A stretch of 63,016 nt of DNA from Octopus bimaculoides. Its lineage: Eukaryota. Location of the stretch: positions 16,072,811 through 16,135,826 of the forward strand of contig NC_068981.1 in NCBI RefSeq assembly GCF_001194135.2. The letters are read 5' to 3'. Positions 14,577 through 28,192 of the stretch are shown in pieces. The position numbers were made by a program, and so were the translations under genes. The notes under the pieces were generated by a model. It made no database searches and had not been told where the DNA came from. It saw only the letters and a list, made by a program, of their open reading frames with translations. Numbering within the stretch: position 1 is the stretch's first letter; each line of letters starts with the position of its first letter.

Positions 14577-17500
14577 CTTAGCTTCATCCAGTCAAAAGAC
14601 ACTACTTCGGATATGGAATAATAACACGCTTGTGATCTATACGACACAATCTTAGATACAATCAGTGATGTGTTATACGGGAAAATATGAAACGTTTCCG
14701 CCATTTTCCAATTTAATAAACAAGATGGTCTTATATTTTGATTTTTACTGCGTCTTACTGTGGCTGTTTTCTCGCAAGTCAAATTTATTAGAGCAAATCT
14801 ATCATCAAATTCGTTCAAGTCATGACCATCTGGTTGATTTCATGAGCGAAATACTCGTGCACCAACATTTCCTATTTTTTGGTTTTTGTTTTCTAGGACG
14901 GCATAATGCAATTTTTTAAACGATTTCGCTGCTTGTCCCCAGGCGTAAAAAAACACAGGTCTCCACTTTTTTTTATTTTGCTGCTGGTTTCTGGACATTT
15001 TTTATGTGTTGATTAATTGATTAAACGTGCCCCAACGTTTTTCTTTCACTTTTGCTTCGTGGTCGTGATGGACCATAGAAAAAAAGGAGAACAATTAATA
15101 TTGACATTTTGTAGTTATAGTCTAGTGTTATTGTTTTATTGCATTGACAACATATGGAGCTTCAGCGTGCTCACATAATGTCTGCACTTCATGTTTCCTT
15201 GACCTAAAATGTCTTTATATGTCATATATTTACATTGTAAAGTAAGAACAATGATACTTTTTTTCTGTGTAGACTGGCGAGATTCTAAGCAGCAAGATTA
15301 ATTTGTATGTTATAGAGAGCTCTGAAGATCGATAGATAGAAAAATAATTGGCCAAGAAGAAAAATAAGTGGGAAGGACAGTATTAGGCAGGATAAATAAG
15401 TAAATAAATATGTGAGGTGTCGTTGAGTCTGGTTATTGATATAGGATGATATATAAATGATATATCACAACTGCTTCTGAGCAAATCAGGTCTCCGGTAA
15501 TATAGTTCATCCGGATTTATATAAATATAAATACAAATCATCACACAAAAATCGGCACGCAAACACACACACATATCAATTATATATATATATATATATT
15601 AATTATACAATTTTAAGATGTATCTCACAGCTTCTTAGAACAAACTGTAGGGTGAACCCTAATGTCTGTATCATAATAAATTTTACAATAAATTTACTGT
15701 TATAGCTAAAAATTTCATTAAAATGACTATGTTAAAAATCCACTAACTCACACTAATATACATGTACATAACTAATATAAATATACATATATATACATAT
15801 ATATAAATAGAGAGAGAGTGATAGGGAGAGAAAGAGATTATAGCGGGTATAAAATATGCTTGTGTGTGTCCTTTTTGTATAAACAGATATAAAGCAAAAA
15901 TCCGCAATATACAGAATAATTATCTATAGGTCGCTGAATGTAAACGACTTCATATCGATAAGACATAAAGAAAGAATTACTTGAAACTACTCGACAATAT
16001 GAACATTTTAGTATATTACATTTCTCTTAATATTGTTTTTGTATCAGCAAATATATATATATATATATANNNNNNNNNNNNNNNNNNNNNNNNNNNNNNN
16101 NNNNNNNNNNNNNNNNNNNNNNNNNNNNNNNNNNNNNNNNNNNNNNNNNNNNNNNNNNNNNNNNNNNNNNNNNNNNNNNNNNNNNNNNNNNNNNNNNNNN
16201 NNNNNNNNNNNNNNNNNNNNNNNNNNNNNNNNNNNNNNNNNNNNNNNNNNNNNNNNNNNNNNNNNNNNNNNNNNNNNNNNNNNNNNNNNNNNNNNNNNNN
16301 NNNNNNNNNNNNNNNNNNNNNNNNNNNNNNNNNNNNNNNNNNNNNNNNNNNNNNNNNNNNNNNNNNNNNNNNNNNNNNNNNNNNNNNNNNNNNNNNNNNN
16401 NNNNNNNNNNNNNNNNNNNNNNNNNNNNNNNNNNNNNNNNNNNNNNNNNNNNNNNNNNNNNNNNNNNNNNNNNNNNNNNNNNNNNNNNNNNNNNNNNNNN
16501 NNNNNNNNNNNNNNNNNNNNNNNNNNNNNNNNNNNNNNNNNNNNNNNNNNNNNNATATATACATGCGTATAGATGTAAGTATAACTATATATCAACATTT
16601 GCGCTTATTTTATTACATAGTGATATAAACCATTGAATCTATCGTGTCGAGATCTCAAAGTTTGACAATGAAGATTATCAGGAATGTAAGTTTGCTTAAT
16701 TGTACATGATTAAAAAAAAAAGAAAAAAAAAAGAAAAAAAAAAGCAGATGCTCATGAACGTATGTATGAATTCATTGTATTGGTGCGAAATTATTTAGAC
16801 ACAGTTTAAGCAAAAATGACCATTAATAAATGTTATTAATCCATTTCAGAAATACATGAATAATTTTATATAGCACAAGAAATGGTGTAGGTATCCTCCT
16901 ACAAAGACACACATCGACTAAGATATATATATAGCAAAACTGAATAGTCGGCACCTCAAAATGCTAAAATCTTTCAGAGTCTGTGTGCTTTATTCTCAGC
17001 AGTTTGTGACCAAGATTTTCGTGTGTTCAGAATTATATTCTCATCACACTAAAGACATTTAAAATCTATACTACATATACACATATAAAATTTAAAATCT
17101 TTATAGTAGTTACACAGAATGGACAGAGAAAATTTCTAGATTTTCACTGCCTAATGGAGGGATAAGAATCGAATACCTGTACACTTATTGCTTTAGTGTA
17201 ATATCAAGACAATATCACTTCAGATGATTTGCTTCATTTTTCTCCCCCAAAAAACGTCTATACGGAGGGATATGTATAAATATATACTTAGGGAATATAC
17301 ATTCAGACACACGCGTGCGAGCGAGTACGCACACACAAACTCACACACCCATGCACACATATGTATATTCAAATTTAACAGAAAAAGTGAAAGTTTTTAT
17401 ATATTTGTATTATTCACGAGGACATGTGGAATAATATTCCATTTCCTTCAACCATATTTTTAAACATTTATGTGTTTGAAAAGAATACACACACATATAT

Positions 17501-17769
17501 ATATGTATGTACATGTATATCCATATATGTATAAACAAATATTCATATATAAACAGATGTGTATATATATATGTATGTGTGCGTGTGCGTGTATGGGTGG
17601 GTATGTAATTCTGTGCCTTTATATACAATTTTATAAATTATATGAAGTGGCAGGGAATATTTCAACATCGCCTTACTTTCCGTATATACGAATATTTTTA
17701 TAAATGCTTTAAATTTTCACCTACGGTGTACGCTGATGTATGTATCTCTATTTATCAATCTATATGTAT

Positions 17770-17808
<39 letters not shown>

Positions 17809-18169
17809 NNNNNNNNNNNNNNNNNNNNNNNNNNNNNNNNNNNNNNNNNNNNNNNNNNNNNNNNNNNNNNNNNNNNNNNNNNNNNNNNNNNNNNNNNNNN
17901 NNNNNNNNNNNNNNNNNNNNNNNNNNNNNNNNNNNNNNNNNNNNNNNNNNNNNNNNNNNNNNNNNNNNNNNNNNNNNNNNNNNNNNNNNNNNNNNNNNNN
18001 NNNNNNNNNNNNNNNNNNNNNNNNNNNNNNNNNNNNNNNNNNNNNNNNNNNNNNNNNNNNNNNNNNNNNNNNNNNNNNNNNNNNNNNNNNNNNNNNNNNN
18101 NNNNNNNNNNNNNNNNNNNNNNNNNNNNNNNNNNNNNNNNNNNNNNNNNNNNNNNNNNNNNNNNNNNNN

Positions 18170-18211
<42 letters not shown>

Positions 18212-18228
18212 TTTTACACTTTGACATG

Positions 18229-18602
18229 ATTCAGTCATTTGAATGTAGCCATGCTGGAACATTGTCTTCAGTCGAAGAAATCAACCCCAGCATTTATTCT
18301 TTGTAAGCCTGGTACTTATTCTATCGACTATTTTGCTGGACCGCTACTTTTCGTGGGCATAAATACACCAATATTGTTTGCCAAGCGTTCGTCGGAGAAC
18401 AAACACAGTCACAAAGTCACACACACAAAAATATATCTACACATTAAAAGCTTCTTTCCGTCTACCAAATCCACTCGCGAGGATTTGGTCGGCCCAAGGC
18501 TATAGTAGAAGACGCTTGCCCAAGTTGCCACGCAGTGGGACTGAACCCAGAACCATACCGTTTGGAAGAAAGCTTCTTACCACACAGTCATGCCTGCGCC
18601 TA
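18229..18602 (-). mobile_element. tRNA-derived SINE, family C (bipartite, central CA/TA microsatellite)
   Basis: Colinear with 35010-35392, 40775-41440 and 47412-47585 (ccgtctaccaaatccactc...gtagaagac.cttgcccaag...cagtgggactgaacc). Confidence 0.85.
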
Positions 18603-20653
18603 TATGCGTGTATGTGTGTGTGTGTATGCGTGTGTGTATGAATACATACGCACATACATAAAAATTATATGCATATGTATATGCATAAAAATGTAAGTAT
18701 ATATATACACAAAGATATATATATTTTCATCTTGCCTATATGTGGTATATTATAGTGATATTGCAAATAACATAAGGGCTAAATTATACTATATACATTG
18801 ATATCGCTGCCCCGATAAAGCGATGAGATATATTTGTGTATGTTACTTAGTGTAATAGCTATCAGCGCGAATGAAGAATTATGTCGAGCCCTTCCTTCTT
18901 CTACTACTACTTAAAATCTTTAATATTGTCCTTACACATGATTTACTGAGGTTATTCTAGAAACGATTCCAAACAGTTAATTTATGCTGACCAATAAACA
19001 TTTTGTTCTGAGATATATTTGATTATTTACAAACGGGATTTTGGAGATGAACATTAAACTCAATATTCACAACGCAGATATCGTAAATAAACAACACTCG
19101 AAAATATAATTTGAGTTATCTGAAGAATTTTTACTGGCGTATTTCAGCATAAACTTGATTATGCGGTTTGTAAATAGAAGCAGCCTTTCAAAAGCGAACA
19201 AATAAACTGATATTTATATTTGACTTCTCTGTGCATGCTTAAAAATATGTTGAGATTATAGTGGAAATTGTATTTAAATAAATTAAAAATATTCTTTTTA
19301 TTTAATTATGTTTAATATTAAATATACTTTCTTTTTAAAATCATTTGGTTTGGGTACAAAATATATTTGTAACCAACCATTAAGTTTTGTTCCAGACAGA
19401 TTCACTGTATGATTTGGCAAATATTTCGATTTTTGAGTATTTTTAACTACAACTTTTCATTTCTTTCTTTATTTCCTTATATGTGCTGTAATCATTTTAT
19501 GTACGTGCTAACATCACATGATTTCGTAGTTCAATATTACTGAAAGTGGGAGAATTTCATTTCACATGACGTTATTTTCTATATGCCGATGTTCCACATT
19601 TTTCCATATCGAAAAAGTTTATATACGAGAGTTTTGACAAAATGAAACAGACATTTTTCTAGGGTTGTGTTTTGATCCCATATTTGTTACATTATTTATC
19701 CTAATGATATTGATGTTCACATCTGTTTTCAATGTTTGTACTTCATTGTACTTGCATAAATCGCTTTACTGTTTAAATAATTTCCATATTAGTATTATTG
19801 CCATATTCAGAATATTCAGCCTTACAGTTTTGCAACATCAACTTCTCCTTATAATTAACAATATTTAATTGTCTTCATATAAATTTTGGCAAAACCTAGT
19901 CAAAGTTCTATAAATATGCTGCTTCTTGATTTAGTTGCGCTTATGGCAATTTATTTTGTTAGTTTTGCTTCAATTAGACCTATCTTTGGTATTTACGATC
20001 TAAAGTTTTATTGCTTTACACTGTTATATATTTCATGGTTCATTGCATTTTCCTTCTAGTTTGTATTTTGTATTTTTTCTTTCAAATGATTTATTTATAT
20101 GGCTCTGTCAATAAAGCATCTTCCTAAATTAAGTGGTATACTTCTAAATTATGGTTAACTCTATCCAAATACAATGTGTTTTTTTTTGTTAATCTCGATT
20201 CGTGAATAGATTGTATCCAGGAAGTATGCATGTTGTACGAATACAGATTATTTTATATACATATTTATGCTTTCCTGGTTATTTACATGCTATGGGAGTA
20301 ATGTTTCTCTTCTATATAATGGTTTTTACTTTTTCCCTATGATACATAATATTACACACGCCATTTTGAGTACATTCTACATTGAAATAAGGACTGAAGA
20401 ACTTTTCATTTCTGTAGGTTCAGTTTCATACTTCTGGTGGTTGGAGAGTCATTTTCTGCTCGGATATTCATGATGAACATTTGACAATTTGAGCTAAATA
20501 TTAACATAACGTATATTTAAATTACACTGACATTAATGAGATATAATAAGCAAGTTAATTCAGCAAACGCAAATTTATTAACATTTTTGCCAGTTGCTCT
20601 AGATTTATTTGCATGTGTACGTGCGTTGTTCATTATGTGTATATATGTATAGT

Positions 20654-20747
<94 letters not shown>

Positions 20748-21713
20748 TGTTTATACTCTAAAAGAGACAAAGATACATACAGTGATAGATATGTATCCAA
20801 TATCTTACGCACACAAATATATTTTTACATACTTAGCGATATTTCTGTATATATNNNNNNNNNNNNNNNNNNNNNNNNNNNNNNNNNNNNNNNNNNNNNN
20901 NNNNNNNNNNNNNNNNNNNNNNNNNNNNNNNNNNNNNNNNNNNNATACATGTATGTATGTATGTATGTATGTATGCATGTATGTATATGTTACATCAGTA
21001 TTTTACATACTATCTCGAATAAATATATCATTATCGTATAATTAATCGTGCTGTTTATATTATACATTAAACATATTTACATATTTATTATCCAATATGG
21101 TGCAATTCGATCATTAAAATATGAATATTATTATAGTGACCATTACTTTTATGTTCCATAATATTTATATGAAGTTATCTTAACATGTTTTAGGCGGACC
21201 CTGATGTAACGTGAAAACACATACATTCATTAGTGTAATAATGGTCACAAGCTAGGTCGCAGATGCACTCATTTATGTATGTGTGTTTGTGTGGTGGAAG
21301 CATTTGTGTGTATGCATGCTTCATATATCGATGCAAATTGTACTCACTTTTATATATGTATTTAGAATATCTATACAGCATCGTTAGTCTTGTAATAATT
21401 CGTCCATTCGCTGAATATAGCAAGTATACGTGATGTGTGACTTCTTAATTCACTAAACTACAATATTTATTCATTATAATGTTTACTCAGAGGACGGTTT
21501 TTCCTTCTCTGTTACATAGTTTACGTCACTCATATTGATCCTAACGATGCTACGTTTGGCAATCATCATTCCCAATGATGATAATGATGTGGGTGATAAT
21601 TACAAATGTGATCATTGTGAATATTATGAGCATGTTCAAGAAATGTAAACTGCGGTGATTATGTCGATGATTTTGATGATGAGAGTAATGATAAATATTA
21701 AAATGATGGAAGG

Positions 21714-21755
<42 letters not shown>

Positions 21756-24700
21756 CATCGCCGAGTCCTTTTGTCGCTCACGTCTGTAGCTAACATTTCA
21801 ATTTGTTCTGAGGTAAATGAGATAATCGAGACATGATGTTGTAACAATTCTAAATATGCGTTAAAGGAGAATGATATTTTCAAAATCATAAATTAATCTT
21901 TATACAAAGATTTCAGGACAGGACAGGATTTTGCCTGTAATAAGAGAGATATATATACTGTACATCAAACCAAAGGAACCGCATTCATATTTTACAAGTG
22001 CAAAAATAAAAGAAAAAATTAATATGAAATACGCTATTCAAGAATTAGCACCATAAACACTTAGAAGTAGATACTTTGAATAAGAAAACACGTTCAATAG
22101 CAATTACATTCCAAGAATGGTTGTATATTTTTCAGCAGAGCAACTCTAAAACCTGTTAAATGATGTCGAATGTAAAATTAATGATTTTTTACAGAGGTTT
22201 GTAAATAAATATTTTCCCTGGTCACTGATACTCGAAATCATATACAGACATAGATATATACGAATATATATACATACATACATAGACGCACACATGCACT
22301 TACACACACACACGCATATATATACATACATATACGTGTGTGTGTGTGCATATATATAGATATATACATATGTATGTATGTACGTATGTGGAAGAACAAC
22401 GAAATGCAGTCTGGAAGATTGTAAGTTATTCAGCAAATAGTAACTAAACTAAAAGCGGTTATAAATAAAATGTCCTAAGGGTTTGTACTTTATGATATTT
22501 ATGTATCTATCAAATATAGATAATATCATATTATTCTCTGATAAGGGGTCGATAAGGAAATATATTTGTCTCATGCATGCTCAATTTCACTTACACCTCA
22601 ATTGATATTGGATGAGGAAACAATATAATATATTCAAATCTAGCAAAACTATTACCATGTAAACAACATTCAGGTTTCAGATGTCCGAAAACTTAAAACT
22701 AAAATATTAAGTAACTAAAAAATTAAGCAGCCATTTTCTTTAAAGAACAATAGAAAATAGATATCAAGGCTTCAGTGTGAAATATCTCTATTATTTGGCA
22801 GGGAAGATTGTTGGTGAAAAGAAATCTAAAAGTATGCACACAGTCAAAGATAATTACATTGACTGTGTCGAGACTATCTCGTTTTAGCTCTGTAAATCCC
22901 GTATGCAGAGTTATATATATTACTGAATTATCATAAGTATCAAACATGCAATCAAATAAATGAAATAAATTACCATTACTTCATACAAATACCTTTTTTT
23001 CCTCAAAAATAGGCTGAAAGTAGTTTCAAAGTTCTCTAAACATATAAACCTCTACATCTATACAATTTCTATGACCCATGGTAGACTTCTCTGAAAGTTG
23101 AAATCTATTCTATTGTGCGAATGATGTTAACATCAGTGTTAAAATTTTACTGGTATATATATTGTTTATACCGACAGCACTAAGATATAAGTGTTAGCTA
23201 TGGATTCGGAAATTATTTATTTGATTGAAATAATACTTGGTTATATATCTCTTGATCTTAGTTCAGCAACCCAAGGAGATTAAATACCCGGAATGCAAAT
23301 AAATATTGGCACACAATAGTGAAAACCTATATATTCGTCGCACATATTTGAACACCCGGCGAAAGGAATACAACGTTATCTCTAGACTACAACTAAATGT
23401 TGCCAAGCAAATAATAAGGAAGTGGTTTTATCAGCTGAATTTTATGGTTACTAAGTCCGTCATTAACATACATCACCTAAATTTATTTTTGTCTTCATTT
23501 TATTCTTTATATTTTTCTTGGTTTGGCGAAATCAGATTACTTTAAGTCTACGTTTTCCTCCTTCTTGTTTTATGAATATTGTTATATATGAAATTCATAT
23601 ATGCAATATCTTATTTTTCTTCAGATTTGGTTTTGCTTTACAGCGTATCAGAATTATACTAGAGTTATATCAACTAGCCTGTTCTATAATCATAATATTT
23701 TTAGTAATTATTTTGATTAGCATGTCTTTTAAAACTATTTTATTCCAGAAAGAATTTTTAATTATGAAAGAACGAATTCGTGAATAAAGTGTGTTCAAAT
23801 ATATTGTAATTTACGTATGAGAGCAAGTGTAATTAAAATAAGCTGCATATTTGATTAAACGCAGATTCGTACAACAAAAAAACTATTTAGTTAGCATTCT
23901 TAATAAATATATATGACATGGTAGTATTTTAATTACCACCTACAGAGTTGTAGAGAAGAAATTAGTAATTTGCGCTTGAAATTCACAATATGTAAAGTGC
24001 GTGCGCAGTATGTTTTACTATGGTTATTTAAACATGTTTCATCGTTATTTAAGTACATTGCATGTTAAACTGTTGCCGGGTGGACAATGTTCTTTTAAAT
24101 CAAACTGATCTGCATAAAACGATACTAAATTACGTACTTAAGTTAATACACGTGTCTACTGAGAACTATCTAAATTTTTATTCATTGATTATTTGAGAAA
24201 CGACTTCCTTGCTATCATTACTTTCCATCACTTTCCACTCGAAACGTACCAGTAATACATAATGCTCTTTAGCACAAGAACGAGTAATTATAGCTTTCGA
24301 ATATATAAACGAACACATTCTTTTCATTTATTCAGTTTAGTTCGTTATTCAGTCTTTTAGCTGTTTTCTCTCTTGATTATTCGTTTATATGTCCCTTGTT
24401 TCTTCCCCACCTTTGAAAAATTTTCCTTACTTTCTTTTCCAATTTCCCATCTACACCTATCATCTAAAATCAGTCACCGGAATTTGTTTTTTTAATTAGC
24501 TTTCTTCTTTCGTTATTATTTTTGGCGTCTATTTTTCCCACAGACACTTTAATCTCGACTGGTTTTATTTAAACGAAATTAAATCTCTCCATCTATTTAG
24601 TTTGAAAATTAATGAAAAATTAAATGAAAAATCCGGTTAGTAATTCACATATTGAATTATATTCAATAAATGCAATATACTTAAAAAAGTAAGACGATGC

Positions 24701-25149
24701 TATTTGTTGAGCTTTTAAACTTACCTATGAGGCATTCATTTCGTAAAGTTTTCGCACAACTGCATTTTATGATCTACTTAACATCACTGTACAGACGAGT
24801 AGAATAAATAACACTACAATAGAAGCCATTTTTATAATCCTAAGTATAGTAGTGCACGAGTGCACTACTATATTTATGCACGAGTGTAGATTGAATAAAT
24901 TAAGCACGATCTGGATCACTAGTCGTCAAAATTCAGCTTACATAATTTAAAGTATGGGATGCATCTACTTCTTTGGCTAAGAAATGTTGCTTGGCTCAAT
25001 TTAAATAATGTAATGAAGATTATTTGTGTTCAATCAATAACAAATTGTTATAGATAAACTGATACCATCAGATCATAGATTTTATAGACTCTAGTGTATA
25101 AGTCTACATTCATATGAATATATATGAATTATTTTATATATTCGAGCCT

Positions 25150-25458
25150 CGAGGCTGCGGCCATGTTGGCCTTGTTTTCACTGTCCTGTTTTTTCACCAA
25201 TCTTGACCCTCTGCAAGATCGCAAATTTTATTTAATTTGCTTTGCGGGAGCAACTGTTTTATCGAAGGCGTATCTTGTCGTGAATTGCTAGAAATACGGA
25301 TTAGAAAAACGGCCGACAACTGCTGAACGGTCGTTACTTGTGTTGCTTGTCTTGTTTTCCATTTCTTTCGTGGCTTGCAAAAAAAAAAATGCCTATATTC
25401 CATGTCCTCGTACTTCGTATTTTTTGTTGTTTATGTTTTGTGACGTCCTGTGCCCACA
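25150..25458 (+). repeat. Interspersed repeat, family shared with 59641-59800
   Basis: gccgacaactg.tgaa.gg and tgttgttta...tgacg.c.tgt.ccca.atata occur in both copies. Confidence 0.55.
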
Positions 25459-26867
25459 TATATATATATATATGTATATAGGTATACGTGTAAGTAGGTA
25501 CGTATACGTATGTATATATGCATATATATTAATTATATTATTATATATATACGTGTGTGTGTGTGTGTGTGTGCGTGTACAAATATAGATAGGTTGGTAG
25601 GGAGGTAGGTAGGTATTTTCGTAGCTGTGTGGGAGAAGGACAAATAGTATTTAAATTTCTTAACTTTTCAAAGCATCGCGTTTTAAAATGTAGACATTAC
25701 ATTAAATCTTCCATAGAGTCATTGATACACACTGTTTATGCATAAAATATTTATTAAGTATTTAATCTAATGGCTGCGTTTTACACGATATACAAATTAA
25801 TCATACACTTTCAACTAGCATTTACTTTGTGTATGACTTAAATATAAATAGCAAAGTAGTACTTTTTTACTGGTAGAAGTTTTGAAACTAGCACGCTTTC
25901 TAACGTGTTACAAGTTCGATTTAATATATTTCAGCTATATTTATTGTTCTTCTGTAAGAAGGGAGCACTAAAAATATAATTCTATAATTATTAATGTGTG
26001 AGTGTGTGCATGTGTGTGGGTGTGGGTGGGTGTGAGCGTGCATGCGTGTCCATACAATTATATGTATGGACACCCATGCCTCTCTCATGCGTCTTATATG
26101 TCTCTCTCTCACTTTCTCTCTCTCTATCTATCTGTATATGTATATATATATATATATANNNNNNNNNNNNNNNNNNNNNNNNNNNNNNNNNNNNNNNNNN
26201 NNNNNNNNNNNNNNNNNNNNNNNNNNNNNNNNNNNNNNNNNNNNNNNNNNNNNNNNNNNNNNNNNNNNNNNNNNNNNNNNNNNNNNNNNNNNNNNNNNNN
26301 NNNNNNNNNNNNNNNNNNNNNNNNNNNNNNNNNNNNNNNNNNNNNNATATACACAAATATTCATATATAGAGAGAAAGAGGGAGTATCTATTCGAATGCT
26401 TTATTGTCCTCTATTACATTTTTATTCCATTTACATATATATATATATTTTACACATACATAATTATATTTATGTTTACCTACGTTTTCCGTTCAGTGTA
26501 TCGTTTTGCCGATAAAAACATTTGCACTAGTGCTATAATCATTCCGCATTATTTTTTCTTTTTACTTTCTCTGATATCTGCTCGACAGCACTTGCCTGCT
26601 GAACGACAACCGGTCATTTAGGGCAGACATTGTAGAGAAATATTATGGTTCAACAAAGCCAGCGATCCTTTTGAACTGTAACTAGCAACATGTTCGAGAA
26701 TATAGCTTACAAGAACAGGAACATAGATCATACGCAGTATGAACTCTACTTTTTGTTTGTACAATTTGTTTTTATTCTGTACATATTTGGTTTTCCGGAG
26801 ATTCTTCAAAGAAATTAGTAATTGCTTCTTCCTACGACGCCTAGTGCTCCTGTCATAACTAGTACTG

Positions 26868-26901
<34 letters not shown>

Positions 26902-26928
26902 GTAGTAGTAGTAGTAGTAGTAGTAGTA

Positions 26929-27482
26929 TTGAGTGAGAGCTGTGCATGCGATCAAAGTGTCACTGGGAAAATATACGAAACCCGGTATACAGATCCTGTC
27001 TACCCGTATGATAAGAGTATACTTGTAACATGCATCACAACGATGTGTGCAAAACATGATGATTTCATATCAAGATAAACAGTACATGACCTCGCAGGTG
27101 GGGCCCAGCTAGAATATTTTTTCATGTCGAGTAGCCCATCCTGCACAAATGGTCCTTGAATAAGAGTTGTTTAAGGATATTGAACAAAACACCTATGTTT
27201 CCAGAGCTGAATTATTCAAATCCCCCAACAAATTCCTCTCAGCACATGGCTATGATGCTTCTCCACTACCTGTGCTCGAGATCGGAGTTGCACATATCGT
27301 CAGCCTCAAAAGGACATGTTAAACTGGTTAAGGTCAAACAACTGACAATTAAATCTGTGGTATTGAGCAGAATATTTGCTGTAACTCATCTTTTATATCA
27401 AGACAAAACGATGCACATGATAACACTTTCAATCAGTTAAGATGAGAAACCACAAAGGCCACCGTCTGGTACTGCATCAGGG
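26929..27482. repeat. Probable interspersed repeat bounded by trinucleotide tracts
   Basis: GC-richer 550-bp block with sharp borders between (ATT/AGT)n tracts. Recognised from memory as resembling an octopus repeat; no second copy in the window. Confidence 0.35.
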
Positions 27483-27483
27483 T

Positions 27484-27689
<206 letters not shown>

Positions 27690-27739
27690 ACTAATCGAGT
27701 AAGGATCTTAACGACGACTTCGTTTAAACAATCATTCAC

Positions 27740-27802
27740 TCAGTCGAGTTGTGAGGCTCTTTTGTTACCATTCACAACCACATCTTTGACACGTCCTTGC
27801 TG
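27740..27802 (-). CDS. Candidate terminal coding exon of the glutamate receptor C-tail (QQGRVKDVVVNGNKRASQLD*)
   Basis: Minus strand catcatatttagttttgctag|CAG CAA GGA CGT...CTC GAC TGA. Plausible pyrimidine tract, phase 0 compatible with the GC donor at 32374, non-repetitive codon-like block. No homology could be checked. Confidence 0.45.
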   Translation of the reverse strand, partial: QQGRVKDVVVNGNKRASQLD

Positions 27803-28157
27803 CTAGCAAAACTAAATATGATGTACAGTTTGTACTTATAATCTTTGGAATGTGTGTGTGGTTTTGGGACGAAATCGTTTGCTCTTGAGATTCGTTTGAC
27901 CTTCAGATATGCTTTAGTTTTGCTTGTCCATTTCCAAAAGGATTTGAGAGCGAGTGTTTAAGGGCGTGTATCTTTGCATGTGTGCATGAGTGTGTCTGGA
28001 CGCTTGTGAAGCTCGCACTCGTATTTCTGTGTGTGTGTGTGTGTGTATGTGTGTCCATCTACACACTCACATGTATACAAATACATAAACACACACATGC
28101 GCACAAACGCACATACACGCACACACACAAATACGTACGTGCGCACGCACACCCATA

Positions 28158-28192
<35 letters not shown>

